A stretch of 63,949 nt of DNA, filler included, from Perkinsus chesapeaki ATCC PRA-425 (taxonomy: Eukaryota; Protista; Perkinsozoa), in NCBI GenBank assembly GCA_013115145.1. It is 10 parts of 10 records of this genome, joined end to end, with 100 filler letters (N's around TTAATTAATTAA, not from the genome) between each part and the next. Parts side by side here need not be neighbours in the genome. Positions count along the whole stretch, not along the records: positions 42,503 to 54,313 come from JAAPAO010000837.1; positions 54,414 to 55,944 come from JAAPAO010001908.1; positions 56,045 to 57,776 come from JAAPAO010001807.1; positions 57,877 to 61,480 come from JAAPAO010001381.1; 6 more parts are not named here. The stretch is one strand, 5' to 3'. The notes beneath the pieces were generated by a model. It was not told the origin of the DNA and did no database searches. It was given only the letters and a program-made list of their open reading frames with translations. The position numbers and the translations under genes are program-made. Shown in pieces: positions 48,290 through 59,231 of the stretch; the first letter of the stretch is position 1; each line of letters opens with the position of its first letter.

Positions 48290-49523
48290 AGGGTTTTACT
48301 GGAGCTCTGATTCTTCGTGCAAAGATGTTATTGATGAAATCCACAACGGCTTGTACAATCAAGAATCCGACTATCATGAATCCGTTGAGCACGGGGACAC
48401 TCCAGCCATCCACAGATTCCTCGCTGAAAAGTTATGTCCTTAGATGTGGCGTGCATTATGAGAATGATAAATGTATGTTATAAAGATGTTCGTGTCGACT
48501 CTACCGGCTCTGCGTTCATTTAATGCTGTTCGCGAACCATTCGATCATCCTTTGCTTTTAGTCACTTGTTTGACATCCACATACCAGTGTATGCGCTTTA
48601 CTTGTGCTATTGGTGTCTTCTTGTCGTCTAGCTATCTGGCTCAATCCCTGGCAATCAGAGGGGCCCGCAAGAAACAGGTGCAATCGAAACATAGTAGACT
48701 CGCGGAGGACATGTTGTCGCTGGACGGCAACAAAGTGACTATAGATTTTGATCGCCTCATTAAAGAGAAAGCAAGTGTGAAGTTCTTATAGGTATACCAC
48801 GCTTCGGTTCCATCATCCTAATGGTGAGATTAAGAGGTAAATTTGTCGGCTACGCGAGACTTGCGTATCACTTCTCTTCTAGGGTTGAGGAGATCAACCA
48901 CGATGGAGAAGCCGAACTCCGCAGTGATAGGGAGATACATTTTGGTCGTCTGCTTGCCCAACTTGGTGATCATCTAAACTCAGAGAATACTCGAAGTACC
49001 ATGCATTTATGAAGCCCACACGATGTCACCTATCTGCTGTAACACTGCTTGTGTTATGCTGCTTTATTATCCGACAAAGCACTGAGGCGGGCTTGAGCCG
49101 ATAGACCTGAGCTGTGGCAGTTGTTACCTCTCTTCATAACGAATGCATTCGCTGATTTTACCCGTCTTCTTTGTCATTGTTGCTGGCCTCGGATCTAGCA
49201 TGCCCAATATCGAAGTAAGTGAGGTGTAACGAGTGAAGTAAATGAGTCAGTTGTCTTGCAGAGCGATAGAATTATGGAGGGGGATGTTCCACATGCCAGA
49301 GACGGGTAGGATGGGATGCTGTGGCCAATGCGTTTACATCTTATATCTTTCAGAGTGGAAGGCGGAAGAGGCTGCTGCGTGGTTGAAAGCTCGTCTGGGA
49401 AGTATAGGATATATTTCGATCGAAGAAGCGATGAAACCCATATCTCATTCTATAGGGGCGGAGAAACAGGGAATCGGAGGACTTGGGAAGTTGAAAAGCA
49501 TGATCTTATTGGCCGACGCTTGA
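48290..49523 (+). CDS. Multi-exon hypothetical gene (partial model)
   Basis: Protein-like exons FYWSSDSSCKDVIDEIHNG..., VEEINHDGEAELRSDREIHFG..., EWKAEEAAAWLKARLG...LADA*. Confidence 0.4.
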
Positions 49524-49619
49524 ATCGTTAACGGCTCTCTTTCAGGCTGAGAGGGTTCGATAGGCAAGATTTCGGTTACGACGGTTCTTCCGACAATTGC
49601 CATCAATACGTCCACAATA

Positions 49620-51400
49620 TACATTCAGATTGGTATAGAAGACATGCAGGGTATAGAGAAGCCGTCACTAAAGCAAAGGAGCACCACAAGCCTATTGTTG
49701 ATGTTTTCATTAACTGGACTGGCGAGTTTTTTTTCAAGGGAAGACCAACTGCTCCATAAGCCGCTGATCCATAGATGTTCATAGTCTTTATACTGTTGTC
49801 ATCGCAGAATTGATCGTTTGTTGTTAATAAGCGACTTATTGGTTCCAAAGACTCACAGAGGCACATCCAGTGCTCCCAGAAGGAATGTATCTGATGCTTC
49901 CTTAGATCCCTCATGGACACATTTCTGTGGGGTCGGATGACTCTCTGGTTGGTTTCATCGATTCGTGCCGGATCTGCAGGCTGTAGGACATTTGTAGGAT
50001 ATCTGTTACATACTGTGGGACTGATCCGACTTATGTTGTCGGGATATCTTGTGACCCGATTTCGCGCACTAGATTTTTTGCCATAAGTTTCCATCGGTAA
50101 GTTACCTCTTTGTGAAATGCGAGCCTCCAGCGTAATGTATTTGGTATTCTCTTGGTGCATTGTTGTTCAAACTTTTGCATCTAGTAAGGCTGCCCTGCAG
50201 CCTGCGATGAGGGGTCAGTCTCAGGAAGATACACCACCGCTGGAGGTATGTTTCATTGAATAGCACTACTTGGGGCTGAAGGCTATTTTTGCAATCTGGC
50301 TGCTCAGCTTGTGCAGACACCGACGGTCTTTGGTGGATTTGAGTATCATCCAAGTTTCTTTATCTCTATTTCTCTGCGTAGTGCTCGCCTATCTGTCGAA
50401 CTCCGTTAACCATATTGTTGAAGATCGTTGTGTGACTTTCAGACTGATTCTATCGTCACGACGCATGAGCGTGGGACAAGAGAGACCACATGCTCCATTC
50501 AATCACAAGACCTTGTAGCTGCCTTCCACCTCAACAAGGCTGAACCTGTCGCTGCGCTGCGCTACACAGACCAGAGAGGCAAGATCCAGTAAGTGTCGGA
50601 TGTGGAGAGAACTCGTTCTTACTCGGTGCTTCCGCGATTGTTTTTTGTCTTAGTAATAAAGTTATAAGTGATGATGACGATCTTACCATCTATAAAAGGA
50701 ATGGTGACGAGTCTTGCAAGGACTACTTCCAACGTATCCATACAGTATGGTACAAGGAGAAGCGATACGCCGACGATGTCAAGAGCGCAATCGAGAACAA
50801 GAGCCCTGTTGTAGATGAGTTCGTAAAAGAGTTCATTCGAAAGCTCATGCCCGAATACAGCCAAAAGATTTCACTAAGAAGCCTGTGGTTGTGATTCCAT
50901 GTTATTGATGATGTAGTGTGTTTTACAAGCTATTGAGCCAAGTTCATCACCGGCATCTTATACGAAGTAACAATAGGCACTTATATTACTCGGTCATGAG
51001 CGAGCGTAAAGTATACCTTGTCACCGTCTTGGCAGCGGTGCTCGGGTATATCATGGCCAGGGTAAACCAGCGCACATGTTGCTAACGCCCTCAGAAATGT
51101 GATCTGTTAAGAGTAATTGAGTTGTGAACAGGTGATCTATCAGTATACCGCGATCAACAACTTGTCGATCAAATTGAAGAGCAGTCCGATCACATCTCTC
51201 AACTCGGGGCCGGATGCTGCCGAGGTGCGCAACTCTGTCGAAAAATTGTGGGTTTGTGTAGTTGTTCGTCCAGTAGGGTAGTGTTTCCGGATACGACATC
51301 TTCGGCGGGCGGTACTGTTATAGTATTCGTTGTACTCTACGTGCGCCCTGGAGAAGATTATTGTGGAAAGCATCCGTAGCCACACCGAGTTCAACTCGAA
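49620..51400 (+). CDS. Multi-exon hypothetical gene(s) (partial model)
   Basis: Protein-like exons such as NGDESCKDYFQRIHTVWYKEKRY...EFIRKLMPEY and VYLVTVLAAVLGYIMAR bounded by GT/AG. No family recognised. Confidence 0.3.
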
Positions 51401-52924
51401 CATTTCCAGCAAGCACAAGAACGCGCATGAAATACATTAATGTGTGAAGAGGTCGAAACTATCGTCAGCGAATTGGACGACTTATTACGTATTTGGTGCT
51501 TTGGTTGGTACTCTACACATTCTCCTGATGATCTCAGATATCATCCTCTGCAGGGCAGTCTGCCATTAGGAGCGCAGAGCTTATCTGGCCAAATCGTCCG
51601 ATAGGATACAAAACATCTGCACTTGTGAGACCAGGAGACGCTCGGCTATAGATGCACGCCCACTTCCGGTCTGTCCTCTGATGAGAGGAAGCTCTGATCG
51701 ACTGATCGACGTAGAAGCTCTACATGCCGTTTTCCCGTAGCCATGGGTAGAACGCTCCGAAGCTAAGAGATCGTAGTGTCTGCGACCATATGAAAGAAGA
51801 AGGTAACTTGAGCTCAACACATCTTAATTAGGACCCTCCTCTGGCTAACCTACTGAGAGGAACCGAACAGCTAGCACGATGGGATATTGTTCGAAGCTTC
51901 CTTCCACTGAAATCAGGGGCGATCGCCAGAAACATCTATGAGATTGTCACAGGCGCTGAACAACCTAACGAGCAACGTGACATCACAGTAAGCAGCCGTA
52001 CCGATTCGTAATCATCGTATGGCTCTAAACCTGTGTACAGGATATGCTACTTCCTGTCGAATCTTTAAGCGGCGCCCGTGGCTGTTCAGACTCATTCTTT
52101 TCACGAGTCATTTTCGTGAGCCAAACATAACGTATACTGGTGAAGACCTATCAATAACACATTTTCCGCAGTCCTCGAATGCTTGTATGAATCATTTCAT
52201 ACGCCTATTTTTGACATGTTAAATTAACCAAGTCTTGTACGAGATGGACTCAGCCTGAAGCACCCAGGCAAGAAGTCATACCGCCAACTGCTCACCATTC
52301 GAGTTGCTTGGCTCCATATCGACATTGCAGGTGCACATGTGGGGAACACAAGAAAAGACGCAGTACACAAACGGGAAGCCTTATGTCTGCCTTCGGTCAA
52401 GATGTCACGTAATCGGACAAGATCAGAGTGCAATGCTAAACTTATCGCACTTCGACGCGGCGACCTACAACTTGAGAACAGCTGAGGGTTGGGGAAGTGC
52501 TAAGCCAAAAGCTAATAAACACGTCATGTATAAAGCATAGCTGTCATGGCTTTGATTGGAGATTCCTCGATGAGGTACATGACCGAGAGCCCAGATAATA
52601 CACCGAAAGCAATAAGCGCAACTGCAGCTAATGTGAAGTTCGATTACACTTTGACTTACAGGTCTGATCAAGCACTGCTTCAAACGTAGAATGATAAACT
52701 ACGTGCACTTAAGCTGAATCCGTGAATATATATTATCCTAGCAAGCATCGGTTATGTAACATAATCGATGCTTTCTGTTAGCATTGTCACGATGCTGACC
52801 TAAGCATCGAATACGCCACAATTCTACTGTGCAAAAGCATAAGACCACAAATGACTCACGCGTACAATATTCTATTCGGATTTCCCGATTAACTGGCACA
52901 TCTCAATGATTCACTACTCGCCCC

Positions 52925-54189
52925 AAACAGTACGCTACCTCTCAGATGGGACTCCGACATTCCAGTCCAAAGTACTCATATTATTCATAAGAGCACGCCA
53001 GATATGGAGGCCTTCAAAAAGAACTGGGCCAAGGGCAGGTCACCGTCCATTGCATTATTTCGTTAATATCTGGACTGAGCACCAGCAGGTCATTGGTTGC
53101 CTTCTGGTTTGTCTCGAATTGCCAAACAAGCAGCGGGAGAGAAAATATTGCAAGAGACATTGTGGGTCTTGACATCTATGGAGCTTGTTCAGGGCGTAGA
53201 GGATGCAGTTATGCTCAAAAGAAAAAGGAACCACAAAAATACGAGTAAGCTGAAGTACGCCGAATGCTGACCAAAATACGTTATCGACTAACGGCATGAC
53301 AATCTCATAAACACTCATACAGAAAATGACCACACTATTGAAAAGTGAAGGAGCTTTATTTTCCACACCAACAATGAGCACTTCGACGTTTAACGGTTAA
53401 ACTTGGTAAGGTCTCCACAGTTGATGACATCTGAGTAGGTGGAAAGTCGGTGGCATAAGCAATGGGCTATCATAACTGCATGTATCTACACAATCGTACT
53501 TTTGCCTCACCGTAATTGTAGTACAAGTTTTTGATATTGTCTGTTGAAGACTTCGCGTGATCAATCCATTGCCTCAGGCAGTGCATGCGCGATATCGCTG
53601 CCAAATATCGTTTCTACCTGTCCTTTGAGAATTCTCGCTGTAACAAATACATAACTGAGAAGTTCTGGAGACCGCTGTGGAAGGTGAGCCGGGTACAGAC
53701 TATTCAGCTCCGTGCTCATCAATGCCGAGCTGGATCTAGAGAGGTATCACGAGGGTGGGCAAACACCTCATCGGTATACAGTTACTACGAACATCGCGAG
53801 CGGCCAGTTTTGTTTCTCACGCCGATTCACTACGCATTGCAACAACGCAACCAACATGACCTCACTAACAAGGAGCTTTGCAAATGACGGTTCTTTGTGG
53901 CAAGGTCTCGTAATGGAGAGCAAGGCTTCTTTCTTGTAATCTCACAAACCTTGGGAGAACTTCGAAGCTACAAATCACTTCAGAAAGCTGCATTTACAGC
54001 TTTGCGTGACTTGTGTAGATGTCAGGGCAATGTACCCGTTGTGCTTGGAGGACTTGCTCGTACTGATTACGATGAGATAGCGCCGCCAGGGAGCTACATT
54101 CATGTTGATGATTTCAAGACTACCCGGGAGCTCTCCAATTACTTGCAATATTTGACAAGAAACGACACAGCTTATAATGAATACCATCA
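52925..54189 (+). CDS. Alpha-1,3/4-fucosyltransferase (GT10), multi-exon; 5' exons probably from ~52.0 kb, 3' end near the gap
   Basis: RWDSDIP; VAFWFVSNCQTSSGRE..LDIYGAC; KYRFYLSFENSRCNKYITEKFW; VPVVLGG..DY..APPGSYIHVDDF..L..YL..L..N..AYNEY (GT10 motifs). Confidence 0.93.
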
Positions 54190-54413
54190 GTAAGGAGCTG
54201 GTAGTCGCATTCCGTAGAATCTCCTGTATAGAAGAAAGAGAGCTTCTTTTTTGTATAGGCTTCACTAGAGCTACGCTCAGCCAACCGGGTTGGCCCAACC
54301 CGCTTGCTTAGTGNNNNNNNNNNNNNNNNNNNNNNNNNNNNNNNNNNNNNNNNNNNNTTAATTAATTAANNNNNNNNNNNNNNNNNNNNNNNNNNNNNNN
54401 NNNNNNNNNNNNN

Positions 54414-54566
54414 CGAATTACCGCGATATTGGTCTTGTGGTAACCACGAAAACGCGGTATCGGACGGCGGTATCCCGCGAAGTGGTGATTCGATTTATCA
54501 TATCGCGGCTTTCACGAAAACCACACCGCGGTTACCTGGTTATCGCGCTTACCAGGTGCATCTCCA
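54414..54566. mobile_element. End of a second copy of the MITE-like family (rest lost in the gap)
   Basis: Ends in CAGGTGCATCTCCA; preceded by CACGAAAAC and CGCGGTTACC motifs as at 4.6-4.9 kb. Confidence 0.5.
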
Positions 54567-55273
54567 TTGTTCGGCTATGCAATCTAGCAAATTTTGTGGC
54601 TCTCTTTTACGAGGTCTACACAGAATATCTGTGACAGAGCACAAAGGAGAAAGCCGTACGTGACGTGCTGATTCACTAAGGCATTCAGCTCCAAACCTTG
54701 AAGGTCCTTGAATCAAGGAGATGGGCAAGCGACCTCTCCTCAGGGGAGTCTCCTGAAGGGTACGAAATTTCATACCCGTGAATCACGAGTCAAAGACAAC
54801 TTGTAGGCTGAAATGATTGGATGGTACGACGCAGCGTACAAGTTTTAGGTGGCATAATATCGTATGCATTCAGAATATATCATTCTGGCATACGACTTTC
54901 AATCGGGAAGATGTCACCCGTCAGACTATCCCTTCTCAGAGCTATCACATGGTTCGGAAATATTCTGTTTCAATTGGTCTTAGTCGTCGCCTCGTTTTAA
55001 CTCGCTCCATCTAACGCAAGACAAACAAGTCTTCTCGATAACGTATCAATAAGATGACAGAAAAAGTCGAGACCACGGTGGTCCGACCACCCAACAGACT
55101 ATAGATTATCGACTGCTATTGAGTCACGCGCCACATAAAGTTTCCAGAGAAAGCGATATGAACTTCATATCGCACACTGCATGAACTTCATATTATGAAG
55201 TGACTTAAGCCAAGTCACTAGCTTAGTAGCTTCTGATTAAAATATTTGATACTAAGCCCAGCCAGCAGCATAA

Positions 55274-55570
55274 CTACTCTTCTGGCGTAGTCTGCTTACA
55301 GCATGGGCAGCCGGCACCGCCACATTCAGCTACATCTATCAAGCATAATGGTGAAAAGAACTCATGCTCGCATTTATGACATTCTTCGCACTTCGATGGC
55401 TTATTACAACACGGGCAACCAGAACCACCACATTTATCCACTTGCTCGGAGCATAATGGAATGAACGGCAAACCTTTGCATATCTTACAGATAGAACATT
55501 CATTGTCGACCTTAGCATAGGTGAGCCCGACAACAACGAGGCATACGATAGCATAGGAGAGACGCATCAT
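55274..55570 (-). CDS. Small secreted protein, 98 aa, with two tandem 8-Cys repeats
   Basis: Signal-peptide-like MMRLSYAIVCLVVVGLTYA, then two copies of CxxCxxC-x4-F-x-PLC-x3-V-x2-CGGxGCPCC. Confidence 0.8.
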   Translation of the reverse strand: MMRLSYAIVCLVVVGLTYAKVDNECSICKICKGLPFIPLCSEQVDKCGGSGCPCCNKPSKCEECHKCEHEFFSPLCLIDVAECGGAGCPCCKQTTPEE

Positions 55571-56044
55571 TTGTTGACTAATAGATGAAACCTTGGAGAA
55601 GATCGGGTCAACACTACGAGATATATCAGACAAACCGCTCACACTCTTAATGATCGTCCTGTTGTACTGAAGCTTTTTTAGCGGAAAATCGATCATGTCG
55701 CCTATTTGCCGCCACCGGAGCAACTCCCACACATACTCAGTCTTCCTACGGCCTTGACAATAACTCCACAGAACAGGTCAATCTGCATCAGCTCCGCAAG
55801 AGAAAAGTGGAGGACTACTGCAGTGAGAATCTAACTGCTCTTAGTATGAGGTGTCAATAGTTTTGGTCTCGTCTCCGCGATCATGAAGGGTGGTGATTGA
55901 TGATCTTCAGACAACCTTTGTGCGAGTTCGGCACACCGAGGAGANNNNNNNNNNNNNNNNNNNNNNNNNNNNNNNNNNNNNNNNNNNNTTAATTAATTAA
56001 NNNNNNNNNNNNNNNNNNNNNNNNNNNNNNNNNNNNNNNNNNNN

Positions 56045-56521
56045 GGTTCCCAGTTTGTGAGCCGAACCATAGATGATCTGTTAACCCATTGGGGACATTG
56101 CATTTAACAACGCCGAGGAATAGTTCATTTTGTAACGGCCGCATTGAACGCGTGGACCGATTCATAAATGAGTATTTGCGAACTCACAGTAACTCTAAAA
56201 ATATGACTTACACGCGATTCTGCGAGCTTACTAAAAAGGCCGTTAGACTATGGAACATAACAAAACGGAAAGGCGAAAGTCCTCATTCGCGCATTTTCCG
56301 ATTCGCCCCCGACCCCGGGCATTTAGCCCCGAGGGAGTGTCGAAAAGGTTATGATTATCTAAAGGCCATCAAATCTCCTTTTGAGGGGGAGAAAGTACCA
56401 CCTGGTACTCGGATATTGATTCGGCGCGTAGGTAGTATCGCAAAAATGGAGCGACAATAGTTCGTACTCATCTAGGACCGAACCGGTTTGCGGTTGCTAC
56501 TGCGGATGGGTTAGAAGCGTA
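56045..56521 (+). mobile_element. Degenerate LTR-retrotransposon (Ty3/Gypsy-like) integrase, C-terminal part
   Basis: NGRIERVDRFINEYLR (integrase NG..ER motif), AVRLWNIT...SP, then a frameshifted GPNRFAV segment. Confidence 0.8.
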
Positions 56522-56537
56522 AGCGGTTTTCTTTTTC

Positions 56538-56675
56538 GAAAGAAGGGGTATGTGGTACTTCACTTTGAAGTACGCACGCTATAGTGTAACTCTCGCTCGC
56601 CTTGTCACAAGCTAGCCGTTTCATAAGATATGAATGATGCAATTATGGACCACTCACAAACTATTTATTATCACA
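56538..56675 (+). mobile_element. Polypurine tract (56538-56550) and candidate 125-bp 3' LTR (56551-56675)
   Basis: GAAAGAAGGGGTA directly followed by TGTGGTA; matching inverted end TATCACA at 56669-56675 (6/7). Confidence 0.55.
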
Positions 56676-57045
56676 TTTAGGATTGCTGTTGCGTTAAGTT
56701 TTATCTGCTATAACAATATCAGGTGTACCATCATTATCATCATCCATGTGCGCAACCGACACTTGAACTTTAGCATTACGGGCATTTCTTGCTGGCGTCA
56801 TCACTTTCTCATTTTTACGGGTCCACCTTCTCAGCTCCAGCCTGAGGGCAATAAAAGTGGAAGTAGACGCAGCATCCAGATTATCAAGCCAGTCAGTGAT
56901 CTTCTCCGGCATACTAGCATACAGTTTGGATAACATCTCGGAGTCTCTCACTGGTACGCCACGAGATTGGCCCACTCTATCTGCTAGCACTAATAAAGTA
57001 AGCAAATGCTTTTCCATACGAGAGGAGCCAATTTTATATTGGAAG

Positions 57046-57116
57046 GTATCCCACTCGTGTGGATTAGAATGTGGTGCTACTTCACGTAAGGTCGTGAGTT
57101 CAAACCTCAGGGAAAC
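57046..57116 (+). pseudogene. Degenerate tRNA-derived sequence 1
   Basis: Near-paired ends GTATCCC/GGGAAAC (6/7), GG..TTAGA D-region, AGGTC variable loop, GTGAG-TTCAAAC-CTCA T-arm; anticodon stem broken. Confidence 0.45.
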
Positions 57117-57342
57117 TAAGCTAAATCATTTTAATTCGAACATCGATTTCAGGTTCAACACGTTACGTGGTTTGGGCTGTGCTACTCTCTTGCGCCCGGT
57201 ATGCCGAATCGGGCCGATTCAATCGGCATTGCCATGTCGAATGTCCATCCCGAAGTAGCATACCTCAAATTCTATTTCATGTGCCGCATTTGAGTGTTTA
57301 ATGCTGGCAAACTCAGCAGATCGACTCTGGTTCTTGTATGTT

Positions 57343-57414
57343 GCAGATGTAGCGTAGACGTTAGTGTCTAAGGCTATCAACCGTGAGGTCGCGGGTTCCA
57401 TTCCCGCGGTAAGA
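57343..57414 (+). pseudogene. Degenerate tRNA-derived sequence 2 (SINE-head or pseudo-tRNA)
   Basis: Canonical tRNA spacing from U8 (57350): A14, G18, A21, C32-U33, A37, AGGTC, perfect T-stem GCGGG/CCCGC with TTCCATT loop. Acceptor stem does not pair; G19 and R57 are altered. Confidence 0.6.
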
Positions 57415-58464
57415 CCGTGGTACCAGACCGTGGTAAGTGGCTCCTTTGGCAAGAAGCCCACTGGCGGTGCGTGGCCGGCCAAGCCGGCGCGAAAATTTCT
57501 CTACTTTCGATCACCCTTGTGATATATGCTCTGCCCCCACTGAGAGCGAATGGGCCACTCATGACTAATGAAGAGTTAGAGAAGGAAAATTTGAAGCTCC
57601 CGGCCGAACTACAGACTCGAGTCCCCAGCACCGTGTTGGCAGCACGTCTAAGCCGTGACTCTCGGCCCGAGAGGTAAAGAGCTAATTGAAGGTGAAGAAT
57701 GGCCCCCACCGGGGTGGGAGCACGTGGATGGTTTAGGAGACGATATATACCAGAACCTCTTACGGTTTGTTGTCCCNNNNNNNNNNNNNNNNNNNNNNNN
57801 NNNNNNNNNNNNNNNNNNNNTTAATTAATTAANNNNNNNNNNNNNNNNNNNNNNNNNNNNNNNNNNNNNNNNNNNNACGGCCAGAAACCTACGGACTAGC
57901 TCGTCTTCGCCACTGTTAATGGTTCGTAGTTTTCTGAGTCAAGCTTTTGAACATCATTTTCACTTCGCGCGCGCCTTTGTAATCGATTTAAAGTGTCGCT
58001 GAGCAAGCTTTGCGGCTGTAGTGCGCAGTGAAGCTCGTTCAGTACCATGCCTTGTATCATCATCGCTCTCATCTATCAATCTTCGATGAACGTATTCAAT
58101 TAGCTCATCTGGCTTCTCGGTTCAGTGTGCTCGCAATCGTATCTTTTGTTGGGATTCTTCTCCTATTAGCTTCTTGTGATAATTTCCTTTTTAACCTCTG
58201 TTTATCGTTCCATCCGTATCGCGCAGTCATTTCGCCTTTTCACGCGGCTTGTTCGGGCTTGTAACGTCTATAAGTGTTGCCAATGGTACATGCTCCGTGA
58301 TTTCTGTGATCCGCTTATCTCGTCGGCTTAGCATTTTAGCTCTCGCTGTGTCTACTTAGTGTGCAAGTCTGCAGTGGCTTCTAGTCGCTTATCTTGTCTC
58401 ATTGTGGTATATTTAATTTACATCAGTTAGGTAATATCTTTTTTGATCCATCCCGAGTTTAACA

Positions 58465-59231
58465 ATGGACGCAGCTGAGGCCCAAAAGCAGATTCAACAG
58501 ATGGTCAACTTCATTCTCAATGAGGCCAAGGTGAGCCAACGCCTCTTCATTACGATTGTCAAGTCATTTTGTCTCAGGACAAGTCCGAAGAGATCGAGGC
58601 CAAGGCCATGGAAGATTTCAACATTGAGAAGCTGAAGCTTGTCCAACAGATGAAGGAGAAGGTCAGAAAGTAAGGCACAGCTTACTATGGATGTGTTTTA
58701 TTATCATCGTATCTCTATAGGGAGTACGCTCAGAAGGCTAAGAAGATTGAGACTCAGAGAGCTATCGCTCGTTCCACCAGTATCAACCGTTCTCGATTAC
58801 AGAAGATCGGCGAGCGTGATGCCATGCTCCACAAGGCCGTTGATGAGGCCGTTTCCGAGCTCGCTGCCTACGCTAAGACTCCCGCTTACAAGAGCACTGT
58901 CACCAGCCTTATGGTTCAGGGCTGTTTCTCCCTTCTCGAGCCCGAGGTCACTGTCCAGTGCCGTCAAGAGGATATGGCTCTTGTCGAGAGCGTCATCCCC
59001 GAGGCCCAGAAGATTTACGCTGCTGAGGTCGCCAAGCAAGCCAAGGGCACTTCTAAGACTGTTGTGTTGAAGCTCGACAAGCAGAACCCTCTCAAGGGCA
59101 AGGTCGGTGGTGTTGTCATTAGCTGCAACGATGGCAAGATCCGTGTTGATAACACCTTGGATGCCCGTCTTCGTCAGCTCGAGGAAAAGGACAAGCCGAA
59201 TCTTCGTAAGGTTCTCTTCCCTACCGCCTAA
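58465..59231 (+). CDS. ATP6V1E: V-type proton ATPase subunit E, 222 aa; exons 58465-58530, 58578-58669, 58721-59231
   Basis: QIQQMVNFILNEAK|DKSEEIEAKAMEDFNIEKLKLV...; LMVQGCFSLLEPEVTVQCRQED; GGVVISCNDGKIRVDNTLDARL...LRKVLF. Confidence 0.98.

Noticed and set aside
48629-48645. TAGCTATCTGGCTCAAT, 15/17 match to the recalled short Perkinsus spliced leader
   Set aside because: Lacks the 5' ACCG and terminal AG and is not positioned just upstream of a start codon; likely chance.
51735-51744. CCGTAGCCAT, 5' half of the spliced leader
   Set aside because: Only 10 nt; the following bases do not continue the SL and no SL-RNA structure is evident.
56694-57482. Minus-strand gag-like reading (ORFs 56694-57017 and 57219-57482)
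   Set aside because: Interrupted by stops and frameshifts, has no diagnostic motif, and overlaps the plus-strand tRNA-like relics; not supportable as a feature.
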